A DNA stretch of 63,997 nucleotides, the filler included, from Octopus bimaculoides (taxonomy: Eukaryota): NCBI RefSeq assembly GCF_001194135.2. It is 8 parts of 8 records of this genome, joined end to end, with 100 filler letters (N's around TTAATTAATTAA, not from the genome) between each part and the next. Parts side by side here need not be neighbours in the genome. Positions count along the whole stretch, not along the records: positions 1 to 18,570 come from NC_068993.1; positions 18,671 to 33,181 come from NC_069003.1; 6 more parts are not named here. One strand, given 5' to 3'. Shown one piece after another: positions 12,424 through 24,585 of this stretch; the stretch's first letter is position 1, and every line of letters starts with the position of its first letter. The notes beneath the pieces were generated by a model. That model had not been told where the DNA came from, did no database searches, and worked only from the letters and a program-made list of their open reading frames with translations. The position numbers were made by a program, and so were the translations under genes.

Positions 12424-12630
12424 GGTTCAAATTTTGACACAAAGCCAGCAATGTCGAGAGATGGGGTAAGTCGATTACATCGACTCCAGTTCTCAACTGG
12501 TACTTAATTTATCGACCGCGAAAGGATGAAACGCAAAGTCGACCTCGGTGGAATTTGAACTCAAAACGTATTGGCAGAGAAAATACCGCTAAACATTTTG
12601 CCCAACGTGCTAACGATTCTGCCAGCTCGC
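12424..12630 (-). mobile_element. SINE family A
   Basis: Near-full-length match to 3548 and 14011. Confidence 0.9.
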
Positions 12631-12864
12631 AGCAATGATAATCTAACGTGTCCTGCATGAAATATTTACACGAAGTACTTGAAAATATACTTGAATGTAA
12701 ATCGGTTATTTTTGGCAAAAAGTATTTAATTTAACGTAGTCAGGAGAAAGGAGATGATACAGCTTAACTGGTACAATTTGGCTGTTTCTGTAGATTCTAG
12801 ATCAACGTGTCACCATTTATTTACCAACGTGTATCCGTATGTATTGTATAATATTGTGTCAGTG

Positions 12865-12909
<45 letters not shown>

Positions 12910-12943
12910 ATGTATATGTATGTGTGTGTGTACGTAAGTGTGT

Positions 12944-12987
<44 letters not shown>

Positions 12988-13575
12988 AGTGTGTGAATAT
13001 GTGAGTTTGCAGTACGTACGTGGTTTATGGTGTTATGTTGTGTGTATATAGCATAGATTTGTCCTCTGGGTAGACATGGTAGGCAGGGCGTACCGGGACA
13101 AAAACTAAATATATATANNNNNNNNNNNNNNNNNNNNNNNNNNNNNNNNNNNNNNNNNNNNNNNNNNNNNNNNNNNNNNNNNNNNNNNNNNNNNNNNNNN
13201 NNNNNNNNNNNNNNNNNNNNNNNNNNNNNNNNNNNNNNNNNNNNNNNNNNNNNNNNNNNNNNNNNNNNNNNNNNNNNNNNNNNNNNNNNNNATATATATA
13301 TATATATATATAATATTATAATACATATATATACATACATATATATATACATACATACGTACATGCACAAAAACATGCATACATACATACATACATACAT
13401 ACATACACGCACACACACACACTGAAGTATAGAATAATGTTTCTGTAATTGCCATAGGACATAATACAGTACAAAACATAAAACAATACAAAGGATACAG
13501 CTAAACTCAGTAGAGTTTATTAAAATAGAAAGTGCGCAAAACCTAAATTTGAAACAATTAGACATAAGTGTGAAG

Positions 13576-13888
13576 TAGCACTCCGTCGATTGCGACGACG
13601 AGGGTTCCAGTTGATCCAATCGACAGAATAGCCTGCTCGTGAAATTAACGTGCGAGTGACTGAACGCTCTACAGATACGCATACCCTTAACCTAGTTTTC
13701 AGGGAAATTCAGCGTGGAATAGAATGTGACAAGGCTGGCCCTTTGAAATACAGATACTGAGTGAACTTGACAGCTGAGTGAACTGGAGCAAAGTGAAATA
13801 AAGTGTCTTGCTCAAGGGCATAACGCACCGCCAGGGATCGAACTCACAATCATGAGCCGAACATCCCTAACCACTAAGCCACGCACCT
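13576..13888 (-). mobile_element. SINE with family C body and a different tRNA-like head
   Basis: 13578-13755 aligns to 8894-9068. The head reverse complement is GGTGCGTGGCTTAGTGGTTAGGGATG...GAGTTCGATCCCTGGC. Confidence 0.85.
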
Positions 13889-14010
13889 TTACATAAACGC
13901 TAGCGTAATACTACCGGCTTAAAACCACGCTTATAGACAAATAATACACAAAAAACACACGGAATGGATCTGGTGTTGGAAATTTAAAACAAATAAATGC
14001 AGAAAATATT

Positions 14011-14224
14011 CTTTTCTACTCTTGGAACAAGACCCGAAATTTTGGAGAAGGGGAGCAGTCGATTACAGCAATACCAGTACGCAACTGGTACTTAATTTAT
14101 CGACCTCGAAAGAATGGAAGGCAAAGTCGACCGCGGCAGAATTTGACCTCAGAACGTCAAGACAGACGAAATACCGCTAAACATTTCGCCCGGCGTGCTA
14201 ACGATTCTGCCAGCTCGCCGCCTT
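14011..14224 (-). mobile_element. SINE family A, well preserved
   Basis: Ends CCCGGCGTGCTAACGATTCTGCCAGCTCGCCGCCTT (the head on the minus strand). Confidence 0.92.
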
Positions 14225-14635
14225 AAATGCAGAAAATACTGAATAAACACATAACTCGAAACGATAGTGAGTAGCAATCTTTTTCCAGTTTGGTCTCTAA
14301 ACGCAAGTATCAAAACGGTGAAATGTCTAAGAGCTATTAGTTTCAGCAAAGTGTCAGGAAACAAACCATGTTTTGTTTATGGTGTCGAGTCTGGAAAAAG
14401 GTGGGAGTTAGCGCATCCGCTTTGACAACAGAGAATGGATGAGCCATTACAGAAATATGAAGAAAATTACATCCCAGAATTCCTGAACATGAACTTGATA
14501 ACCAGTGTAAATAAATTGAATTATGTATCATGGGAAAAGTTCGAACAAAGGATCAATTCAAATATTTTCTTTATAAACAAGTTGTAACAGAGAAGACTAA
14601 CTGGATTTATATTTTTTACTCTGTCTAACTGACAG

Positions 14636-14704
14636 TTTATTTTTGAGTAGAACAGGGCTAGCATTCCTGGAGTGTCTCTCCTCTGATTGGTAACCTTCAC
14701 AATG
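14636..14704 (+). other. Candidate 69-nt exon ending in ATG
   Basis: Branch-like ACTAAC 14596-14601, pyrimidine tract, CAG at 14633-14635 and donor ATG|GTAAGC at 14704/14705. All three frames have stops before the terminal CACAATG. Confidence 0.3.
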
Positions 14705-14786
14705 GTAAGCGTACACCAAGAACTGAAGGCTCATACATCTTACAGTTTCCTAACTTCCTCGAAGCCCCTTTGATGACGTACGTTTA

Positions 14787-15007
14787 TATATATATATGCA
14801 CTACATATATTAATAAACAAACCAGAAGGCTTTGTAAGTTACATAGAGAAAGTGACTTAGTACAATAATAACTATATAATAATATATTACAATAATAATG
14901 CATATACTCCGATCTATATATATATATGCACTACATATATTAATAAACAAACCAGAAGGCTTTGTAAGTTACATAGAGAAAGTGACTTAGTACAATAATA
15001 ACTATAT
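14787..15007. repeat. Exact ~90-bp direct duplication (130-bp offset) abutting a gap
   Basis: 14787-14877 equals 14917-15007; probably an assembly artefact. Confidence 0.85.
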
Positions 15008-15604
15008 NNNNNNNNNNNNNNNNNNNNNNNNNNNNNNNNNNNNNNNNNNNNNNNNNNNNNNNNNNNNNNNNNNNNNNNNNNNNNNNNNNNNNNNNNNNNN
15101 NNNNNNNNNNNNNNNNNNNNNNNNNNNNNNNNNNNNNNNNNNNNNNNNNNNNNNNNNNNNNNNNNNNNNNNNNNNNNNNNNNNNNNNNNNNNNNNNNNNN
15201 NNNNNNNNNNNNNNNNNNNNNNNNNNNNNNNNNNNNNNNNNNNNNNNNNNNNNNNNNNNNNNNNNNNNNNNNNNNNNNNNNNNNNNNNNNNNNNNNNNNN
15301 NNNNNNNNNNNNNNNNNNNNNNNNNNNNNNNNNNNNNNNNNNNNNNNNNNNNNNNNNNNNNNNNNNNNNNNNNNNNNNNNNNNNNNNNNNNNNNNNNNNN
15401 NNNNNNNNNNNNNNNNNNNNNNNNNNNNNNNNNNNNNNNNNNNNNNNNNNNNNNNNNNNNNNNNNNNNNNNNNNNNNNNNNNNNNNNNNNNNNNNNNNNN
15501 NNNNNNNNNNNNNNNNNNNNNNNNNNNNNNNNNNNNNNNNNNNNNGTTATGTGCGTGTGTGTGTGTGTGTGTGCGTGCGTGTGTGTGTGTGTGTGTGTGC
15601 GTGC

Positions 15605-15635
<31 letters not shown>

Positions 15636-15924
15636 CTCGCGCATGCTAGTGAATGTATGTGTGAGTGTGTATGTGTGTATGTGTGTGTGTCCGTGTTGTG
15701 TGCGCGTATATGTGCACACGTGTGCATGTGTGCACGTTGGGTGTAAATGCATGCTCGTATGTCTGCATGTGAGTGTGTGTGTATGCGTGCGCGAGTATTT
15801 TGCGTGCGTGAATATACGCGTGAGACTATATTTCTATATATCCATGTTTATGTTTTGATAAGATCTTGACAGACTCGTCAGTGTTTTTTCTTAAAACAAT
15901 CTCTTTGTTGTGGATACATATATT

Positions 15925-16002
<78 letters not shown>

Positions 16003-16618
16003 TATGTATGTATATTAATTGACGTCTAAGCAATTACGTAGACACCTCATTCAACCCACAACATGTCTAAATTCTCCATTGTTTTCCAAAACATTAGATC
16101 ACGTGGTTTAAGTCTCAACCGTTAGGGCAATGTGACCCTCTTTGTAATAGCATAGCTGAACTTTATACGGCCTTGGACAGCCCTTGAACTTAGTGTCATC
16201 ACTCCCACCCAATTAACAGGCTTATTACAGTAGATACAAAAGTGTCGCCTGGGGTGGGTCGTCCCTATACCCGTTTCTTCTCCCAGCTGCGCTATCACAT
16301 CTCTATAAAAGATATCATATGAACGGGTGTTAGTTTCATTCAGACCAACACCTCACGGATCCAAGTACGGATCCAATTACGGTTGTAATCGTCACCCGTC
16401 AGTATCCAATGGACATACGTTTTCAATTCAGCGTCGGTTTCATTGGCTGTCTCTCTGCCATGGACTACTCAACAGCACTAACAACAAGGACGTCGACGAC
16501 TTCAGCAACTTCTATTTGGCTCGACCACATAGACATAGCAAGCAAACTTTTATATCATAACCAATCATATTAAAAAGCGAAGGATACATTAGGTAATCTG
16601 AGAGCCACAATGCCTGAA

Positions 16619-16631
16619 ACTACAACTGCTT

Positions 16632-16729
<98 letters not shown>

Positions 16730-16730
16730 A
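16619..16730. repeat. (ACT)n(GAT)n compound microsatellite at a SINE tail
   Basis: Directly visible and contiguous with the 3' end of the minus-strand SINE at 16731. Confidence 0.95.
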
Positions 16731-16908
16731 ATTTCAAGTTTTGGCACAAGTCGATTGTATCGATCCCCAGTGCTCAACTGGTACTTATTTTATCGACCCC
16801 TGACAAGGATGAAAGACACGGTCGACCTCCGCGGAATTTGAAATCAGAACGCAATGACGGACGAAATGCTGCTTAGCATTTTTCCCGGCGTGCTAACGAT
16901 TCTGTCAC
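16731..16908 (-). mobile_element. SINE family A, internally deleted
   Basis: TTTTGGCACAAG//TCGATTGTATCGATCCCCAGT...GGAATTTGAAATCAGAACG...CCCGGCGTGCTAACGATTCTG. Confidence 0.9.
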
Positions 16909-17129
16909 CAATACCCTTTATAAGTCACAAGGGGTCTAGTGACACATAAGACACCACAGTAAGTGTTTACATAAAAACACGTAAAAAAAATAACAAAAAC
17001 ATATGATAACAAAATTCTAACAAACAAGATGCCCCTAGAGTTGGGGGTGACATAGCTGTCCAGGATCAATCTAAGTAATCCATAAACTCTGGATCCCTCA
17101 GACGATCAAGAGCAAGTACCCCGTTCCTA

Positions 17130-17430
17130 TTTATCATTTTCCGGTGCATGCCCAGAAGTAGGCCCGTTTATTGGTACATATTCGTCACTTTCTCCCAAAT
17201 TTTAAAGAATTTCTGCTGGGGACGGACACTACCTCCTTCTTCACCACCATCTTCCTTTCCAAGGAGAATCTGAAAACGTTAATAAGAATTTGGCCGAAGA
17301 AGGAAGTGTCTGTCTTCAACACTTTCAGTTTGGACCACCACACAACTGCTTTTACAATAGCCACTAGACAAGGGCCAAAAGAAGACTTGGTCGATAGCTT
17401 GATTCGTCCTACTTGTGATAACAATTGATC
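17130..17430 (-). mobile_element. L1/Tx1-like LINE ORF2 C-terminal fragment
   Basis: Reads DQLLSQVGRIKLSTKS...CLVAIVKAVVWWSKLKVLKTDTSFFGQILINVFRFSLERK and overlaps the fragment at 56058 (EQLLSRVRRIQL), which follows a zinc-knuckle-like ETVLH...CP motif. Confidence 0.55.
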
Positions 17431-17472
17431 GATGAAACTCTAACACACTCAAATATGCATATAAATAGTATA

Positions 17473-17784
17473 CACCTTCCCCTCGACTTACGACCGAGAT
17501 CCGTTCCGACTGGCGGGTCGTAAGTCAATCTGGTCGTATGTCGGATTCATATTTTTCAACACTATTTTCATTCATGCAACTGATGCTTGAAAATGACCAA
17601 GTGAGAGACAGTGGCTGGCAGTGGATGCCTGGGTCTGAGGGAGGCCTACATTGCCTGATGCTGCCATTGTTATCGCACGCGCAGCTGCCCAACGTCCGAA
17701 AATCGATTTTTTTTTTTTTAACTTTTTGTGGTCGTAAGTGCGGATGGAAGTAAGTTGCTTAGGTCGTAAGTCGAAGAGAAGGTG
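17473..17784. mobile_element. MITE, pogo/Tigger-like (IS630-Tc1-mariner superfamily)
   Basis: TIRs CACCTTCCCCTCGACTTACGACC (17473-17495) and GGTCGTAAGTCGAAGAGAAGGTG (17762-17784) have 2 mismatches. The left flank is TA, and subterminal GGTCGTAAGT repeats are present. Confidence 0.8.
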
Positions 17785-17795
17785 TGTGTGTGTAC

Positions 17796-17854
<59 letters not shown>

Positions 17855-18532
17855 GATGGTTGTAATGCGTTTGATCAGAAATCTGTTGGATCAAGATTGA
17901 CCTGGGGTTAAACAACACTAGGCCGCATAACATCAACATCTGCACACAAAACACAATGATCTAATGTTGCATCAAGACTGGATATATTAATAAACATTGA
18001 ATTTTCTTCTTTTTTTTTTTTCTTTTTTTTTTTTCACATGCTGAAATTCCTCAAGAGCAACAGCAACAACAGCAGCAGCAGCAGTAGCAGCAGCAAAATA
18101 TTTTAATGCGATAAACATAACAACTCTAAACACACATAGATACAAATGAAATTATGATGAAGCGCGTTTGTATGTTAGTGTGCGCGGGCGTAGGTGCGTG
18201 CGTGCATGCGTGCGTGCGTCTTTTGCTTGTTCGTGTATTTTTGAGAGTGGATGTCTGTACAGTAAGATACATCTTGTGCAAATGTGAGTACATCCGCCAA
18301 CGCACATACACACATACGCAGATATACATACAGACAAACGCGAGCAATATTCTCCAAGCACATACACACACACTCACACGTCTCGAGTTAGGGAAGGACG
18401 AGAGATTTGGTGACGGGTTTAAACAAGCAGACTTTGTATGGAATGAAGGATAGACATTAGATTGGGCTTTCGAGGTGAAGCAAACATGTATATGTATGTA
18501 TATATACATGTGTATGTATGCATATATATGTA

Positions 18533-18570
<38 letters not shown>

Positions 18571-18614
18571 NNNNNNNNNNNNNNNNNNNNNNNNNNNNNN
18601 NNNNNNNNNNNNNN

Positions 18615-18626
18615 TTAATTAATTAA
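18615..18626. other. Scaffold-join linker TTAATTAATTAA within a 100-nt N block (also 33226, 55103, 57074, 59040, 61506, 62821)
   Basis: An identical 12-mer with stops in all six frames, flanked by 44 N each side, occurs seven times. Confidence 0.97.
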
Positions 18627-18758
18627 NNNNNNNNNNNNNNNNNNNNNNNNNNNNNNNNNNNNNNNNNNNNATATATATATATACACTCATAAATATGTTT
18701 TTATTCATGAATACGCTTACACACACATATACACCCACCTACCCACACACACACAAAG

Positions 18759-18802
<44 letters not shown>

Positions 18803-19454
18803 TCACATACACTTATATGTATCTATTTATGTGTTTGGCAAGTGCATGCCAAAACCCGTTCGATTCGTGATATCCAAGTGTTTTTTCCAACTTCCGCATT
18901 GCAAATGTAAATAAAAATTCATAAACACGGAATACATTTATTTGAGTTTGCATTTTTATATTCATTATTTCAATTAATCTTTTTTTGCTGCATTATTTTA
19001 TTCTTCTTTTAACGCATATTCTGGCTCCTTTAGTGTGAATTGTTTCTCTTAGTCTCGAAGACAATTATTCTGTTTTGCACAAATCATTACCGTTTGCACG
19101 TATTATGTTATAATTATTTACATTACACAATGCTAAAGTGTCTTGCTTTCACGTTTCATACTTCCTTACCAAAATATGGAGAAACTGCACCGCAGTTGCC
19201 TAGAATTGCTTTTTTTATAAATTCAAATTACACAAAATTACCGGCTTTCAAAATTGACCATTTAGCATTTTCAAAATAGCATAAGTTTAATGTCATTTCC
19301 TGACAGTAACATGTATTCGTTCAAATTGAATGTAATAACGGAAAGCATAGTTTTTATTTTAGATAAATAAATAAGTAAATAAATTTTTTTTTTTACGTAT
19401 GGAACTAGGAAGATATACAAAAATTACTACGCTTTTGTCAGGGATAAAAAATGT

Positions 19455-20275
19455 TTTATTATTATGAATGAATTCTCTGCTAAGATTTTTTAGGTAACGT
19501 ATATATGTATCGAAAATTAAATGCTCAAATTCAGATTCAAAGAGAATTGCTCCTGTAACGTTGCACATGTTTCTCTCGATACATAAAAAAAAATATACAT
19601 CATTACTATGAAGATATTATCTAAAATTTTCAAGGTAACGTATATATGTATTAAATATACTTCCAGTAAATTTGAGAACTAAATGAATTAATCCACAACG
19701 GTGTACCTGTTTCACTCTATCTCAACTTTAAATTGATAAATATTTATAACGAAGATAACTTAGAAAATATAGAAAATAATTTATGATTACTATGGAGATA
19801 TTATCTGCTAAGATTTTCGAGGTGAAATATGTATGTATTGAATATTATATAGGCAATATGGGAATTAAAGATTCCACTGATTGTGTACTCGTTTCTCTCT
19901 GTCCCAGTCTTAAATGAATAAATATTTTTCATGTAGATGAACGGGAAAATATACAGAAAATAATGACCCATTATTACTACGAATATATTACCTTATAAGA
20001 TTTTTAAGGTAACATATATAAGTACTAAATATTATAGATCCAATTCAGGAATTAATCCAATTGAGGTGTACCTGTTTCATTCTATTTCAATGTTAAATTA
20101 ATAAACATTCATAACGAAGAGATCTGAGAAAATATATAAAATAATGAATGGTTACTATCGAAGTATTATCTACTAAAGTTTTCTTGATAAAATATATTCG
20201 TATAAAATATTATAAGCCTAACTTAGGAATTAAAGAGCCCACCGGAAGTCATTCTGTACCTCTCTTTCTTAAACG
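19455..20275. repeat. Decayed tandem repeat, ~180-187-bp unit, about 5 copies
   Basis: The GGTAAC-type anchor recurs at 19493, 19634, 19821, 20008 and 20186; the GTGTAC anchor at 19701, 19883, 20066 and 20254. Confidence 0.85.
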
Positions 20276-20386
20276 AGTGCTTATGATATATGATATAAAA
20301 TTTTAAAAATTATTTTCCAATCCACTCACAAGATGTCTCGGAACTACGTGGTTGAGAGACAGTAAAATATGTATATGTATATGTAC

Positions 20387-20470
<84 letters not shown>

Positions 20471-20537
20471 ATGCGTGTGTATATAAGTACACACACATAT
20501 ATAAATATACATGTAAAATATGTATTATGTTTGTACA

Positions 20538-20576
<39 letters not shown>

Positions 20577-20957
20577 ATATAATGTGAGAGTAGGAGAGTG
20601 AAAGAAGAAGTGAGTTGTATGTTTCTTGTTTAAAAACAGCTCTTTTACTGATGATTAAAACATTACTTCAATTCATCTTAATCATCTTTCAAACAAATTA
20701 TGAAAATAAAATGAATTTTTCTTTTTCTTTTTTATAAAGCATCAAAGTTTAAACACGAACATTTTACATTACCCTAATGCTGTTATTCACTGCATCAATC
20801 ATGCCAGAAAATTATGCGTCACTTACGTTGCTTATTTTTTTATTTATTCTACTCTGGCCCTAAGTCTCAAAACCTCTGTTACCCAGTTTCCATATCATTC
20901 AAATGATTGAGGCTTACAACATTTATTCTGAAAAGACGCCGCTCCGTATTGATATCC

Positions 20958-21163
20958 ATGGCCAGCAATTTTGTAGAATGGGTTTAAATCGATCGCATCG
21001 ACCCCAGTCTGTTAATTGACTGGTACTTTATTTTTTTGACCGTGAAGCAATGAAATGTGAGGTCGACCTCGGTGGATTTGCACTCAGAACACAAAAGAAC
21101 CGGAAAAAATATCGCTAAGCATTTTGTCTGACGAGCAGACGATTCTGCTAGCTCACCGCCTTA
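20958..21163 (-). mobile_element. SINE family A, diverged
   Basis: GGCCAGCAATTTT...ATCGACCCCAGT...GGTCGACCTCGGTGGATTTG...GACGATTCTGCTAGCTCACCGCCTT. Confidence 0.85.
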
Positions 21164-21720
21164 ACACTTACATTCAATACATTTATATCGAATCAATTAT
21201 TCCAAGAAACCGGTATCTTTGTATCTGAGATTCCCTTTTGAATAACATCAAATTTCTCAAAGCGGAGTCCCATCTTTCAGGAATTTGATCTATAAATTTG
21301 AAGAGCACAATACCAAGAATTCCTCTTCATCTTTTGGCTACATAATCAGCCTGATATCTTGTTGGGGCGCCTTTCACAAAGATTGAGCCTTTTGCAATGA
21401 AACTGCGATAAACTGACTTGGAGAAAACGAGCAAATAATTTATTGAGCATTTGCGGTGTATATGTTGTAGACTTATAGTTTAGGGATTAAACTGTAACTG
21501 AGAGTTATTGTTTCAGCTGCTGTAACACCATATATATCTATACAATCTGACGAGGGTACACTCCATACTTCGAATACACCCCTAAACTTCGAACTCACTG
21601 TCAATACAAGTCTTGCTGAAGAATGATAACAAGTGTATTATAATAAATCTTCACGTTAACGTAAATCTGTGATTTTTATAACATAAAAACAAACATTGAT
21701 GTATACATACATACATACAT

Positions 21721-21753
<33 letters not shown>

Positions 21754-22449
21754 CACGCACATATAAATATACATATTAATATATATACACAAACATACAC
21801 ACACATATGTATATAAAGGTATGAATGCAGATAGGTGGCAGAGAAGCATCAATGTGTATATATGTGTGTATAACTATGCACGTATACATAATTTTATGTG
21901 TGTATTGATGTATGCATATTTGTATACACAAGCACACTACATAGATATATACATGAACTAATGACAAACACGCTGAGAGTTTTGGAAAGGGAATAATAAC
22001 AACCAGAATCGAAATATAAATCAAGGTGATAATAGATTTAACCTTACATTTTAGAAAACAATACATTATAATATTTGCAATCTGTAAATGTCCGTTGTAT
22101 CTTCGGGGATTTTGAATATTACGATGTGTATGTTAAATACGATTGTATATATATATATACATGCGTGCATATCATATACTGCNNNNNNNNNNNNNNNNNN
22201 NNNNNNNNNNNNNNNNNNNNNNNNNNNNNNNNNNNNNNNNNNNNNNNNNNNNNNNNNNNNNNNNNNNNNNNNNNNNNNNNNNNNNNNNNNNNNNNNNNNN
22301 NNNNNNNNNNNNNNNNNNNNNNNNNNNNNNNNNNNNNNNNNNNNNNNNNNNNNNNNNNNNNNNNNNNNNNNNNNNNNNNNNATATATATATATATACTTA
22401 TACATCTAGTATATATAAATCACATTACGTATGTATATATTGAATAACG

Positions 22450-22640
22450 CATACATTTCCATAATTCTGAACTGATTTTCATCAAACTTTACGCACACAT
22501 TACTTATGTCCCAAGTATGGTCATGCATTATAACATTTTACCCATAACTTGCGCATAAATGGACAACCCATGGAAAACGGTGGTTATGACGGCTTTTTCC
22601 TTAATTCGTTGTATGTACATAGTTTTTTTTGTATGTAGGT
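22450..22640 (+). mobile_element. Possible non-autonomous DNA element interior (HINE/MITE-like)
   Basis: GAACTGATTTTCATCAAACTTT after a (GTAT)-like tract resembles the interior of such elements; no termini were found. Confidence 0.25.
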
Positions 22641-22996
22641 TCTTCCATACTTTTATAATCTTTATGGTCATATATTGGCATTAGAGATATTTTGTAGTGG
22701 TTTTTACATTTTTTTTATTTATTGTTTATTTATATGTTGTAATTATGTTACTTTCTGTACTATTTTATATGTACTTTCTATACATTTTTATATGTGTACT
22801 TTCCATGCTTTCTTATACGTATATTGGTGTGCATCGAGTATTTTGGTTAGATAATATTATAAAAGTGAAAGAGTTTTGTCTATTTATTTATTTCAACTGT
22901 CCACCTGCGACGGTGATTAAATTGTCTACGAACCCTGTAGGCGTTGAATACCCAATATGAAACAATTTTAATCTCTGTATTTAAACCGCATTAAAC

Positions 22997-23400
22997 TGTG
23001 TCTGGTAAGAGGACTCTGCATAACGTCACACAATCAGGAGAACCCAGTCATGGCTGTCAGACAATTTCTGCAACCACACCGCCCTTAACATTTGGCCACC
23101 TGACTCCCCAGACTGCAACTCCCTTGATTATTATGTGTGGGGCTCAGTTGAGAGAGAGACCGATAAAACTCCTTGTAATACCAAAGAAGAACTGGAGGCA
23201 AGGATTATGGCTGGATTCACTAACTTAAACAAGGAGACTGCCCAGAAGAGTTGCAGGAGATTCTGAAGTCGTCTGGAGGCCCTGGTTGAAGCCAGTAGCG
23301 ATTTTATTGAATAAATTTACTCTTTAGTATTTCAAAATATTTTTATGTAATTTTGGTAAGTGTATCTGTCAAAATGAGATGCCAGCGTTATTTTCATATT
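22997..23400 (+). mobile_element. maT (DD37D) transposase C-terminal pseudogene fragment
   Basis: Frame from 22997 reads CVW*EDSA*RHT...WPPDSPDCNSLDYYVWGSVERETDKTPCNTKEELEARI...RF*SRLEALVEASSDFIE* (stop 23312-14). There are 37 residues between D at 23012 and D at 23126. Confidence 0.85.
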
Positions 23401-23415
23401 AGCGTAATTTAGTGT

Positions 23416-23454
<39 letters not shown>

Positions 23455-24376
23455 TGTATATATATACACAAATACACACACAGATAGATATAATTTCACG
23501 CACACGAACAGAGATATTTTCACAGCCATCCAAAAACACAGTCGTATAAATATATATGTGTGGGTGTATAAAGATACATATATATCGCACTGAAATGCGT
23601 GAGCAGTTATATATACATTAATGCTTACATATCTCTTTATGTTTCTCTTCTATCTACGAACTTCACCGAATATAGAAATTCATGCCTATACACAAATGCG
23701 TACACGCATATGTATATATATATATAGTCAATTATCCTCGAATAGATATAACCATTTCTGTTACGTTTTGGTTTATATATGTGTCAATAAGAAATATCCA
23801 TATAGTCACTCACACGAATATAACTAACACGCGTAAATATATACATATGCATACACATACATATATATACACACACACATATACATATATATACATATAT
23901 ATATATATGTGTGTGTATGTATGTGAATATATATACATGTATGTGTCTCTATATATAAATATAGATATCCATATATATATATGTATATATGTATATATAT
24001 ACATACATACACACATGTACATATATTTGTTATATTATATGCACTTTTACACACACACACACAAACACACACACAGAGGCACGCAGATATACGTCCATAC
24101 CTACATATTACATATATGCTAGTTAAATAAATTTATGCACCTACAAATATGTACATAAATATTTATGGTTGTGTATATTTTGTATGCATATACTTAAAAA
24201 TATCTATCTATCTATCTATCTATCTATCCATCTATCTATCTATCTATCTATTTATCTATCTATCTCTGTACATACATATCGAAATATATCTCTCTCTATA
24301 TATATGTATGTATATATGTATGAACATATATATATATACATACATATACATATACATACATACATGCATACATACG

Positions 24377-24462
<86 letters not shown>

Positions 24463-24553
24463 AGCATGTATAGTTACACATATATACTTACATGGATATG
24501 TACATCGATACATAATTACATTCATTTGTATATATATATATATATATATATGA

Positions 24554-24585
<32 letters not shown>

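Noticed and set aside
14787-15007. Exact direct duplication as a biological tandem repeat
   Set aside because: It is 100% identical and terminates at a gap edge, typical of unmerged contig overlap.
18615-18626. Recurrent TTAATTAATTAA as a homeodomain site or repeat family
   Set aside because: It is always centred in exactly 100-nt N blocks, so it is an assembly linker.
19455-20275. CRISPR-like array
   Set aside because: Whole units are homologous and degenerate, with no constant repeat and unique spacer; the context is eukaryotic with no cas genes.
21190-21480. Protein-like minus-strand peptides (GILGIVLFKFIDQIPERWDSALR...)
   Set aside because: Under 50 codons, no recognisable family and no convincing splice sites.
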